64,000 nt of DNA from positions 68,352 through 132,351 of the forward strand of contig JBAZWW010000003.1 of the NCBI GenBank assembly GCA_041660165.1. Direction: 5' to 3'. A program made the position numbers and the translations under genes. The notes under the pieces are model-generated. The model saw nothing but the letters and a program-made list of their open reading frames with translations, did not search any database and was not told the DNA's origin. Position 1 is the stretch's first letter. Each line of letters opens with the position of its first letter. This DNA comes from Patescibacteria group bacterium. GTDB taxonomy: Bacteria; Patescibacteriota; Patescibacteriia; UBA9934. Positions 50,799-59,376 of this stretch are shown here, one piece after another.

Positions 50799-50874
50799 TA
50801 CTTTCTCCATCCCGAGCCATGCGAGGGATCCGACTTTCCCTGCGAGAAGTGGGGGGGGGGCGGATAAGGGCGCA

Positions 50875-51942
50875 TTAGCGCGAGATCTCGAGAATCCCCG
50901 TTGGCACCCCGAGCGTCTCAAGCATTTGCTTCGCCTTCTCCTCGCTGGCCGGCATCATTTGGCGTTTTTGGAGGTAGAGCGGTTCGAATTTGAGCGTCAG
51001 TTTGTCAGCCTCGACGGTTAAGCGGACAGCCAGCCCGCTTTTTGTAGCTTCCGAGAAATCTTGATCGAACAAGAAATTGCCGAGCGAATAGACGATCGGG
51101 ACATTTTTGTATGTTTCGACGGTTTCAATGACATGCGGATGTCCGCCAATGACGGCGTCTGCGCCAGCGTCAACAAATTGATGCCCCGCAAAGATCTGTG
51201 AGCTGGACGGATTGTGCTGATACTCCACGCCCCAGTGAGGCATAACGATCACGAAATTGCCGGCGGATTTTTCAAGTTTGATGGCCTCGACAATGCCAGC
51301 GGTTGTTTCGTTAAAAGCGTGGTAGCCAATAAAGGCAAAAGTTATTCCGTTCACGGTTTTGTGGGCTACAAACTTTCCGCCTTCCCACGCATCGCCAAAC
51401 GGAGTCATGCCGGCGTTCGTGATTGTTGTCCTGGTGAGCTCCGCGGTTGCCCGGCCATAATCATCAGCATGATTGTTCGACAATGAAAGCAAGTCGAATC
51501 CTTGGGTGGCGAGCATTGAAACATTGCCGGGCGTGGTGTCAAAGTTCATGACGTTTGTTCCTTCGATGTTTTCTTTTTCGCGTACTGTTCCCTCAAAATT
51601 ACCGATAAGCAGGTCACTATTTGAAAGCAAATCTCCAACCTTCGCAAACGGATATTCGGTGCCGTAAAGTTTTATGTATTGCTCCACGTTTCTTGCGAGC
51701 ATAATGTCGCCCACGAATTCAAGAGTCGTGCTCGAGTCGTTCGGTGAGGGCACGATATCCGCCGTAGGGGTCGATCCATGTATCGACCCCGCAGTGACGA
51801 TGCGATCTCCCGCCATGGTCAGATGCGCCCTTCGAGAGATTTCGATGGACGAATTTGCTTTAGAAAACGGCGATACCACAAGAAATCCGATGAGAACGGT
51901 GAGTCCAAGCGCGGTTAACAGTATGGCGAGTTTTGGGGTCAT
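50875..51942 (-). CDS. CapA/PGA_cap-family metallophosphatase-like protein
   Basis: N-terminal TM; motifs FVGDIM, NFEG, NNHADDYG, GGHPHV; carries in-frame element C at 51767-51790. Confidence 0.7.
   Translation of the reverse strand: MTPKLAILLTALGLTVLIGFLVVSPFSKANSSIEISRRAHLTMAGDRIVTAGSIHGSTPTADIVPSPNDSSTTLEFVGDIMLARNVEQYIKLYGTEYPFAKVGDLLSNSDLLIGNFEGTVREKENIEGTNVMNFDTTPGNVSMLATQGFDLLSLSNNHADDYGRATAELTRTTITNAGMTPFGDAWEGGKFVAHKTVNGITFAFIGYHAFNETTAGIVEAIKLEKSAGNFVIVMPHWGVEYQHNPSSSQIFAGHQFVDAGADAVIGGHPHVIETVETYKNVPIVYSLGNFLFDQDFSEATKSGLAVRLTVEADKLTLKFEPLYLQKRQMMPASEEKAKQMLETLGVPTGILEISR
51767..51790. repeat. palindromic hairpin GGGGTCGAT-ccatgt-ATCGACCCC (family C, copy 1)
   Basis: Perfect 9-bp stem; encodes GSIHGSTPTA on the minus strand. 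Confidence 0.7.
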
Positions 51943-51954
51943 GAACGCATAATC

Positions 51955-52662
51955 TTACTCTGTTGGCTCGATAAATTCAAGACTCTTCACGAGTTTTTCG
52001 ATATTCGTTGAAGCGTTTTCAAAATTAACGTCGTCGGCCAGCCGTTCGTCAGACACGATGATGTTGTCAAAAAGTGTGCCGGTGTGGGGGAGAAGGTAAA
52101 CGTTGGCGGATGATGAGCTGACGCTCAATTTTGCTACGGCATTTTTGTCGCTTGTGGCGATACTTTCGCAGGGAGCAGAGCTGATGAGCACTTTGAGGTT
52201 TGTTGGCAGTTCAGACGAAGGTTTTTTTGCGAATGAACAAACGTCAGAAATGTTTTGCCAGTTTGGCCCGGCATCGTAATACCAGCCAAGGTCGCCCCAG
52301 TATGCATTCCGTCCTTCAGGTTTTTCCCTCGACAAATCCATGAACACTTGGCGCGAATTATCGCCGGAGTTCATCGCAGTTTTCGGTAAGAACGTAAGGA
52401 AAAGCCGAGCGCCGTAATGTTCGACCTGGACGGTTCCAAAACTTTTTGGGAATCCAAATCGCAGGCCAAGTTTGGCATTTTCATAAAGCATCGCTTCCGT
52501 TCCGGGTAGTTCGTGGCTTTTACCGGTATTGAAGTCGAGTACTTCCGCAGGCAATGGCACCGGATTCCTGGTGGTCGTCTTCGGGTTAAGGCTGGTCATA
52601 ATCAGCAGAGCCACCCCGGCCAAAACGCCAATAATACCGATCACAAGCGAATAGCGTTGCAT
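51955..52662 (-). CDS. hypothetical membrane-anchored protein
   Basis: Start moved to MQRYSLVIGIIG so it does not overlap tRNA-Gly. Confidence 0.4.
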   Translation of the reverse strand: MQRYSLVIGIIGVLAGVALLIMTSLNPKTTTRNPVPLPAEVLDFNTGKSHELPGTEAMLYENAKLGLRFGFPKSFGTVQVEHYGARLFLTFLPKTAMNSGDNSRQVFMDLSREKPEGRNAYWGDLGWYYDAGPNWQNISDVCSFAKKPSSELPTNLKVLISSAPCESIATSDKNAVAKLSVSSSSANVYLLPHTGTLFDNIIVSDERLADDVNFENASTNIEKLVKSLEFIEPTE

Positions 52663-52707
52663 ATGTTTGCAGTATAACAAAAATACCTCGTTTCCGAGAT
52701 ATTTTTG

Positions 52708-52782
<75 letters not shown>

Positions 52783-52835
52783 AATTCGGTCAAAACTTTA
52801 TCACGCGGGAGTTTGACCGTCAAACAGTGGGAATC

Positions 52836-53126
52836 TTAGCGGCTATACGCTCTTCGTGCTATGGGCTGTCTGCCTACCAGCTGGTCAACTATTTCTCTAG
52901 TTTCAACGGTTGTTTGAGAAACGGTGTGCAGGATGTGTTCGTGGATGCTCAGCGCCTCCCTCGTTTCTTTTCGAAAGTCGCGGAGTTCTTGCATGATGGC
53001 ATTTTGACTATTTTGTAGTGCGTCCAGGGCGGTTTCGGTTGTTTGTTTTTTCATATTTTTGTCTCGATGATTATTTCGAGTATAGCACCTTGAAGGGGCC
53101 GGGCAACCGGCCCCCTTCTTGTGCAA
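52836..53126 (-). CDS. small hypothetical protein
   Basis: ORF only; probable start at the internal Met MKKQTTE. Confidence 0.3.
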   Translation of the reverse strand: MHKKGAGCPAPSRCYTRNNHRDKNMKKQTTETALDALQNSQNAIMQELRDFRKETREALSIHEHILHTVSQTTVETREIVDQLVGRQPIARRAYSR

Positions 53127-53132
53127 AAAGCG

Positions 53133-53357
53133 TTATGCCGCTATCGGTTCGGCGGTTGGTTTTCCTTCTCCGCGCATCTGTTTGCGCAACCAGGAGATGC
53201 CGGAATTATTTCCACGAATGTACTGCTCCTTGGAGATCTGGAAGACGAAGTTGTAGATTTCATGACTGATATCTTCCGGCATGTCGAATTTTGACATGAG
53301 GGTGTTGAAACGATCTTCTAAAACTTCGAACCACGGCTTCTTGTTTGTCTTGTCCAT
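53133..53357 (-). CDS. small hypothetical protein
   Basis: ORF only. Confidence 0.3.
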   Translation of the reverse strand: MDKTNKKPWFEVLEDRFNTLMSKFDMPEDISHEIYNFVFQISKEQYIRGNNSGISWLRKQMRGEGKPTAEPIAA

Positions 53358-53410
53358 ATTGTTGATGTAGGGGCCGATTTATATATCGGCCCAGATTATG
53401 ATTATTTCAT

Positions 53411-55261
53411 TTACGTAACGAACGGTAACGTGATCCCCTTAGCCTTGGCCAACCAATAGCCAAGCGCCCCCAAACTGGTAGTGAGTAACCCGCCTCCCAC
53501 CCACGGAATTTGTTTCGTGGGCGGGGGAGCGATGAGATTGTGATTCCTCTCCCCGCTAGGGGAGGAAGTAGGTAGGGGGGTTGTCATATCTGCCGTAGGG
53601 GTCGATCCATGTATCGACCCCGTAAGCACGCTCATCCCCTTCGTCTCCGTTATGGCGAGCGTCCACGCTCCGCTCTTCACTCGCGCCACGCCCGTCACTG
53701 CAATACGGTCGCCGAAGGCCAGGTCAGCAAAGTTGATGGCCACATGCGGAGCAGATGCTATGGCAAGGGTGTCGCCATTTTCGAGTTCCACCGTTACTCC
53801 GCCTTTGGCCATGTCCGTGACCGAGCCTTCCAGACTGAAGTATCCGCCTTGGACAGCTTCGTCGAGTGAGTTAAGCGAGTCTGGCGCCAGCGCGTCCTGG
53901 CCGGTTGTTTTAATGTCCAACCGTTTGCTTATCTTGAGACGCACATAGCCGTCTTTTTGTTGAACCACGCCGGTAACCTGCACGTGTGCCATGTATTTCA
54001 GCTTTGGCCAGTCGGCTTTGTTGAAATACACTTCAAGTCCATTTAGATACATCAGCTGTTTGCCGAATACTCCCGGCAGGCCAACCACTACGCCATCAAC
54101 GGTCACAATTTCTCCATCCGGGACATCGCCGAGTTCTGAGACGTCGAGTACCGTCAGGGTGGTTCCTCTCCCCGTGAGGGGAGAGGCTAGGTGAGGGGTA
54201 GCGGTGGCCGGGGGCAGGGGGGAGGCTACGCTGTCCGCCACCGTTGTTGCGAGCTCCAGCCGAACAGGGCTTGGGGCGGGGGCATCAGGGTTAGTTCCTT
54301 GAGCTTGGTCTTGAACGGCCGGATCAGGGTTGATAACGGCAGGAGTGTTGATTGTCGTCTCATATGTTGTATTCGTTGTGTCGTAGGGGTCGATCCATGT
54401 ATCGACCCTCGTATTAATGGCGAGCGGAGTGGGATCAGATTCAATCCACGTTCCGTCGGGTTGTTTAGCGAGTGATTTTCCTTTTTTCGGCGCCGTTTTG
54501 CCGGTGTACGATATCGCGTCAATCGTTGCTCCGGTTCCATCGAACAGGAAGATTGAGTCGCCATCGTTATTGAGTTTGCCCTTCGGGTTTTGTAGGACAA
54601 AGAAGGCGTGCGCCGGCAGAATCTGATCGGGCAACGGAGTTTTACTTGTCGTCGCATCTTTAACCGTCCACCCGCCGAGAGAGATTTCGTCTTCGGTTGT
54701 GTTGAGAAGCTCAATCCATTCCACACCATCGGCCGGATCAGATACGAATTCATTGATGAGGACGGAGCCAGTGGGATACGGGATTGGCCCGGGTGCCACG
54801 GGCGGTACCACGGGCGCGGTTGATGGCGCGGGCGTTAGGGTGGTCAATGGGGGTGCCGTAGGGGTCGATCCATGTATCGACCCCGCCTCGGTAGGCGTGA
54901 TGATCGGCGCGGGCGCCTCAATCGGCAATGGCTCGATGACCGTGATTGGCGCAACGGGTTCTGGTTCAGGTTCCGGTGCAACTGGTTCCGGTGCCGGCAA
55001 TGGGGCCGTCTGCACCGGACACAGCAGGCACGGATCCCCGGCGTCATCCCCTCCTTGTGAGGGAGGCTCGCCCGTAGGTTGCGAAGTTACGCCCGAGGAG
55101 GGCAGAGGGATGGAGGGGGCCAAGGGGGTGGCTACGTCTCCACCGGTCCCAGCGCTTTCGACGGTTTCGACGATCGCGGTTTCGGATGCGTCTTCTGCTC
55201 TCGCGGGTAGAGGAGACACAAAGGGCAAGAGGGTGAGGATTCCCAAGAGTCCATAGTACAT
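53411..55261 (-). CDS. secreted lamin-tail-domain (LTD) protein, Pro/Thr-rich, with a C-terminal membrane anchor
   Basis: LTD pattern VLINEFVSDPADGVEWIELLNTTEDEISLGGWTVKD...LNNDGDSIFLFD; signal peptide; C-terminal TM; contains three family C and two family D hairpin elements in-frame. Confidence 0.65.
   Translation of the reverse strand: MYYGLLGILTLLPFVSPLPARAEDASETAIVETVESAGTGGDVATPLAPSIPLPSSGVTSQPTGEPPSQGGDDAGDPCLLCPVQTAPLPAPEPVAPEPEPEPVAPITVIEPLPIEAPAPIITPTEAGSIHGSTPTAPPLTTLTPAPSTAPVVPPVAPGPIPYPTGSVLINEFVSDPADGVEWIELLNTTEDEISLGGWTVKDATTSKTPLPDQILPAHAFFVLQNPKGKLNNDGDSIFLFDGTGATIDAISYTGKTAPKKGKSLAKQPDGTWIESDPTPLAINTRVDTWIDPYDTTNTTYETTINTPAVINPDPAVQDQAQGTNPDAPAPSPVRLELATTVADSVASPLPPATATPHLASPLTGRGTTLTVLDVSELGDVPDGEIVTVDGVVVGLPGVFGKQLMYLNGLEVYFNKADWPKLKYMAHVQVTGVVQQKDGYVRLKISKRLDIKTTGQDALAPDSLNSLDEAVQGGYFSLEGSVTDMAKGGVTVELENGDTLAIASAPHVAINFADLAFGDRIAVTGVARVKSGAWTLAITETKGMSVLTGSIHGSTPTADMTTPLPTSSPSGERNHNLIAPPPTKQIPWVGGGLLTTSLGALGYWLAKAKGITLPFVT
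53544..53566. repeat. palindromic hairpin TTCCTCTCCCC-gct-AGGGGAGGAA (family D, copy 1)
   Basis: Near-perfect stem; encodes PSGERN in the LTD protein. Confidence 0.55.
53598..53621. repeat. family C hairpin, copy 2
   Basis: GGGGTCGATCCATGTATCGACCCC, identical to copy 1. Confidence 0.7.
54165..54186. repeat. palindromic hairpin CCTCTCCCC-gtg-AGGGGAGAGG (family D, copy 2)
   Basis: Perfect 9-bp stem; encodes ASPLTGRG in the LTD protein. Confidence 0.6.
54386..54408. repeat. family C hairpin, copy 3
   Basis: GGGGTCGATCCATGTATCGACCC. Confidence 0.7.
54861..54884. repeat. family C hairpin, copy 4
   Basis: GGGGTCGATCCATGTATCGACCCC. Confidence 0.7.
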
Positions 55262-55465
55262 AGTGTTTAATTGTTAAGGATCAGCAAACCGGATTCAACA
55301 AACGCGCGTTCAAACAACAAACCCCACAGCTATCCTTCGGGGAAAGGAAGCCATGGGGAGTTTGTTTGTACATTCATTGCAACATATCTCCGGAGCTGTT
55401 CGAGTGTGGGGTGGGGATAACTAAAAACAACGGCTCTGCGCCGATGTTTTATGAATATTTCTTTT

Positions 55466-55550
55466 TGGTGGGCGAGGAGGGACTTGAACCCTCACGGCCG
55501 AAGCCACATGCTCCTAAGGCATGCGTGTATGCCAATTTCACCACTCGCCC
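55466..55550 (-). tRNA. tRNA-Leu (anticodon TAG)
   Basis: Reverse complement: acceptor GGGCGAG/CTCGCCC; anticodon stem CATGC/GCATG with loop CTTAGGA; long variable arm; T-arm AGGGTTCAAGTCCCT; CCA. Confidence 0.85.
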
Positions 55551-55630
55551 ATAAAGAAAACCTGCTTCAATTTAGCAAAATACCGCGGACTTTGCAATAA
55601 ATTACCCAGCGGGTGCTAGAATGTTCCCGT

Positions 55631-56623
55631 ATGCTGTCTTCTTTTCTCATCACCGCCCTGCTTTCAACACAACTATCCGGCAGAATTCTTTTGGCAGTGG
55701 AGTCTCATGGGGAGGCTTGGTATGTAAACCCCGTTGATCATCTGCGCTACTCGCTCGGCTCGCCGGATGACGCCTGGAACCTGATGCGCGGTTTGGCCCT
55801 TGGGATTTCGAATGCCAACCTTGCTAGGCCACTCCCTACTGAACTTTCCGGTCGGATTCTGCTTGCTGTTGAGGACCACGGCAAGGCGTTTTACGTAAAC
55901 CCGCTGACCATGAAGCTATATTATCTTGGCCGACCCGCAGACGCTTTTCGTATCATGTCCGAACTCGGCCTTGGCATTACAAATGTGGATTTGTCTAAAA
56001 TCCCTTCTTCAAATATCGTTCCCCTTCCATCCTCTCTCTCCTCTCCCTCCCCTGTCGTCCTCTTCACTTCTCAGGCTCCCTTTGGCGAATGGTCAGACCC
56101 TCGCCAGCAGGATGGCTGTGAGGAGGCTTCAGTCTTCATGGCGGTGAAGTGGGCGCTTAGCCAAACCTTTACGCCGGATGAGGCTAAAACGGCGATTATA
56201 GGAATGTCTGATTGGGAGAAGATCACCTTTGGTTCATTCATGGACACCTCTATAGATGACACCGCGGACAGACTGCTACGGCAGTATTTGAATTTCACAA
56301 ATTTCGAGGTGAAGAAGAATATCGGCCCCGCAGACATTCGGGCAGAGCTCGCGCTTGGCCGAGTGGTGATCATTCCGATCGACGGTACCAAACTGAACAA
56401 CTCGAATTTTACTGACGGCGGACCCCTGCGCCACATGCTCGTCGTGACAGGTTTTGATGAAGCTTCAAGCGAGTTCATCACGAATGATCCTGGCACCAGA
56501 ATGGGGGAGGGCTACCGGTATTCCTCGTCCACCATTGCCTCCGCGCTTCGTGATTATCCCTCAGGCGATCATTCGCAGATAACCTCGCTACCCACGGCCT
56601 TTATTGCCGTTCGGAAGAAATAA
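55631..56623 (+). CDS. secreted protein with an N-terminal tandem about 50-aa repeat and a C39-like (papain-fold) peptidase domain
   Basis: Repeats LSGRILLAVE(S/D)HG(E/K)A(W/F)YVNP... occur twice; C-terminus QQDGCEEASVFMAVKW ... RHMLVVTGFD (Cys/His dyad). Confidence 0.5.
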   Translation: MLSSFLITALLSTQLSGRILLAVESHGEAWYVNPVDHLRYSLGSPDDAWNLMRGLALGISNANLARPLPTELSGRILLAVEDHGKAFYVNPLTMKLYYLGRPADAFRIMSELGLGITNVDLSKIPSSNIVPLPSSLSSPSPVVLFTSQAPFGEWSDPRQQDGCEEASVFMAVKWALSQTFTPDEAKTAIIGMSDWEKITFGSFMDTSIDDTADRLLRQYLNFTNFEVKKNIGPADIRAELALGRVVIIPIDGTKLNNSNFTDGGPLRHMLVVTGFDEASSEFITNDPGTRMGEGYRYSSSTIASALRDYPSGDHSQITSLPTAFIAVRKK

Positions 56624-56659
56624 GGTAGAATACGCTCCAAGGAGTAATTTATTTTTTCT

Positions 56660-57826
56660 ATGGTAGATCAATACACGACCGTCACCACCAAAGGCTACGG
56701 CTCACGCATTATGGAATCTATTCAGGGAGTCGTCATCGGCTTCTTGCTTTTCATCGTGTCATTTGGTGTTTTGTACTGGAATGAAGGCCGGGTTGATTTG
56801 TCGAGTATTGCCAAGAAGTCCGTTGAAATCAGCGGAACAGAGTTGGCGAGCGGTCAGGATGGATCCTTTGTCTCGGCCAGCGGGACGGTGATGAGTGACG
56901 AAGTGCTTGGTGATGGCGACATGCTGAAGCCGGGCAAGTACTTGTCCGTAGAACGCAACGTAGAAATGTATGCTTGGGTTGAGAAGAAAGATACGCAGAC
57001 AAAGAGCAACACGGGCGGATCGGAAACAACCACCACTACATATTCTTACGCGCAGGAGTGGACCAGTAAGCCCGCGGCTTCCGGCTCTTTCCACGTGCCA
57101 GAAGGCCACACTAATCCAAGTTTGGCCGTGCAGGATGTGAATGTAAAAGTGAGCGCGCTTAAGGTTGGGGTGTATTCCGTGGACGGCAAAACCGTTTCCT
57201 TGCCGGGCGGGGAGAAGCTTTCATTGACGCCGGATATGCTGGCCTTGCCGGTGACGGCAAAGATTTCCGCTGACGCCGTTTATCTGAACAATGCGAATCC
57301 GACCTCGCCGATTGTGGGCGATGTCCGTGAGTCCTACTCAGCTTTGGCTTCCGGTTTTGATGGCACCGTCTTCGGTGAGCTTCATGGAAGCAAAATCACC
57401 AAGTACACGGACGCCAAGGGCAATGAGCTGTACCGCGTCTTTACGGGTGGCCGCGCAGCTGCCCTGGCCACTATGCACGGTGAGTTTGTCATGATGCTCT
57501 GGATCTTCCGCTTGGTTGGCTTCTTCATGATGTGGGGTGGTTTGTCCATGATTCTGGCGCCGGTGGCCATCATCTTGGACTTCTTCCCGATCCTTGGTTC
57601 CCTGGGCAAAATGGCCATCAGCATCATCACGCTGGCAGTCGCCTTGCCACTCGCCATAATTACGATCATTGTCTCGGCAGTTTTACACTCGATTATCGCT
57701 CTTCTGATCGTCCTCGCCGCCTCCTTGGCTGGCGTGGGTTACCTGATTTATAAGAACAAAGATAAGGTGAAGATGCCAAAAATGCCTTCCATGGGTGATG
57801 TGGCAGGAAAGATGATGGGGAAATAA
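56660..57826 (+). CDS. TMEM43/DUF1625-like membrane protein
   Basis: N-terminal TM, large extracytoplasmic domain, C-terminal cluster of TM helices. Confidence 0.45.
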   Translation: MVDQYTTVTTKGYGSRIMESIQGVVIGFLLFIVSFGVLYWNEGRVDLSSIAKKSVEISGTELASGQDGSFVSASGTVMSDEVLGDGDMLKPGKYLSVERNVEMYAWVEKKDTQTKSNTGGSETTTTTYSYAQEWTSKPAASGSFHVPEGHTNPSLAVQDVNVKVSALKVGVYSVDGKTVSLPGGEKLSLTPDMLALPVTAKISADAVYLNNANPTSPIVGDVRESYSALASGFDGTVFGELHGSKITKYTDAKGNELYRVFTGGRAAALATMHGEFVMMLWIFRLVGFFMMWGGLSMILAPVAIILDFFPILGSLGKMAISIITLAVALPLAIITIIVSAVLHSIIALLIVLAASLAGVGYLIYKNKDKVKMPKMPSMGDVAGKMMGK

Positions 57827-57868
57827 CTGAAGAACAGATTTACACAGATCTCTAAAAGCGCGACAGAT

Positions 57869-57905
57869 GAGACACAGATTAACCCCTGTGTCTCTTCTTA
57901 TTTGT
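57869..57905 (+). terminator. rho-independent terminator
   Basis: GAGACACAG-attaacccc-CTGTGTCTC followed by a T-rich run. Confidence 0.5.
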
Positions 57906-57950
57906 GTAAAATCTGTTGACCTGCTTTAATCTGTGTAAATTTACCTTGAT

Positions 57951-58547
57951 ATGAGAGTAATACTTATCCACGGCTATAAGGCCACCCCAGACTCAAACTT
58001 TTGGCCTTGGCTTAAGCGCGAGTTGATTGACCGTCGTTTTGAGGTCGTCATGCCAGAGTTGCCGAATCCCGCCGAACCGGATAGGGACGCCTGGACAAAA
58101 GCCGTGCTTGATTCCGTGGGTCCGCTTAAGGATACGGATATCATCATTGGTCATTCCCTCGGTGGTGCTACGGCTTTGCGGTTTCTCGAGGCCGCCGAAG
58201 CCAGAACCACGCCTCACGCCTGCATTCTTATTTCTACCCCTTGGATGATTAAGGACGAGCGTTTCCGCAGTTTCTTTCTGACAGAACTCGATCATGATGT
58301 GCTCATGTGGCGCGCCAGCAAGTTTGTGGTCATTCACGCCAAGGACGACCCGGTCATTCCCTTTGAGCATGCTGAACGTTATGCCGAAGTTTTCCACGCC
58401 AAACTCGTCGCTCCCGAAACCGGCAGACATTTTGATGGTCCTGAATATCCCATCATCCTCGACACTATTCTCAGCATTGCTGAAGAGCCCGTTGAGTACG
58501 CGCCAGGCATGTCCTTGAGCGATGAATTTGCGGAACTCATTAAATAA
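57951..58547 (+). CDS. alpha/beta hydrolase, RBBP9/YdeN-like serine hydrolase
   Basis: ILIHGY...GHSLGG nucleophile elbow; about 190 aa. Confidence 0.65.
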   Translation: MRVILIHGYKATPDSNFWPWLKRELIDRRFEVVMPELPNPAEPDRDAWTKAVLDSVGPLKDTDIIIGHSLGGATALRFLEAAEARTTPHACILISTPWMIKDERFRSFFLTELDHDVLMWRASKFVVIHAKDDPVIPFEHAERYAEVFHAKLVAPETGRHFDGPEYPIILDTILSIAEEPVEYAPGMSLSDEFAELIK

Positions 58548-58575
58548 GAGTTATTCACAGGTTGTTGACTCCGGC

Positions 58576-58690
58576 CCATTCCGTATGTTGTAATGGATTT
58601 ACCTGCTGGAGAAATCCATCGCTGGGTGATACAAAAGCAAACTCCCCTTTATTGGCGGGGTTTGTATTTGTTTTTATGGCAGATTCAAAG
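58576..58690 (+). promoter_or_regulatory. conserved 5'-UTR element (copy 1): promoter-like TTGACT-18-TGTAAT, structured leader, intrinsic-terminator-like hairpin
   Basis: About 75% identical over about 110 nt to 62815-62930; hairpin TGGATTT...AAATCCA; terminator AAACTCCCC...GGGGTTTGT plus a T-run. Confidence 0.35.
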
Positions 58691-58715
58691 ATTACGTGTA
58701 CAATAAGATCATTCT

Positions 58716-59231
58716 ATGAAAACCTCAAAACTTCTCATTGGTGCCAGTGCGGTAGCTGTGCTCCTTGGTGCCGGTTGTATCCCAAGCCCGAAGAATCTGA
58801 TTGAGAACGCCGTTGAGAGTAAAATCAACGCTGAACTTGGCGGGAACGGCGCTGTTGAGATCAAAGACAACGGCATTACGATTAAGGATAAAGAAAACGG
58901 CGGGACCACAAGTTTCGGTGAGGACATGAAATTGCCGGATGACTTTCCAAAGGATGTGGTCATTATGGCTAATGCGGTTATTTCCGGCTCATCCACCAGT
59001 AAGGATGGCGGTTGGGTGTTGTACTCCGTTTCAAAGAGTCCAGCGGAGGTGATCGCTTGGTACAAAGACCAGCTCACGGCCTCGGGTTGGGATAAATACG
59101 GTTCTACTTCCACAACAGGAGAGGAAACGGGCGCGTTTACAAAAGGCGATGCCTGGATGAACGTAGTTGCCAGCGCGGGAGATGATGGAAAAACGGACGT
59201 GACCGTCACAAGAGCTACGCAGACTCAGTAA
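58716..59231 (+). CDS. lipoprotein of unknown function
   Basis: Lipobox LLGAGC; Gly/Thr-rich. Confidence 0.5.
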   Translation: MKTSKLLIGASAVAVLLGAGCIPSPKNLIENAVESKINAELGGNGAVEIKDNGITIKDKENGGTTSFGEDMKLPDDFPKDVVIMANAVISGSSTSKDGGWVLYSVSKSPAEVIAWYKDQLTASGWDKYGSTSTTGEETGAFTKGDAWMNVVASAGDDGKTDVTVTRATQTQ

Positions 59232-59343
59232 GAAAGGGCAAGTTGCAAAAAACCGACCGTTGTGGCCGGTTTTTTGATTGTGTAGAAAAGTAATCAACAG
59301 GATAGATAGCGTATTGTTGCTTATGTTAGCAAAGCATTGTAAC

Positions 59344-59365
59344 TTATCCACAGTAGTGTGGATAA
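59344..59365 (+). promoter_or_regulatory. operator-like inverted repeat TTATCCACA-gtag-TGTGGATAA
   Basis: Perfect 9-bp IR ending 12 bp before the TrmB-like gene start. Confidence 0.45.
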
Positions 59366-59376
59366 TATTTCTCCAT

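Noticed and set aside
55366-55554. A 62-aa ORF
   Set aside because: It overlaps the tRNA-Leu(TAG) gene.
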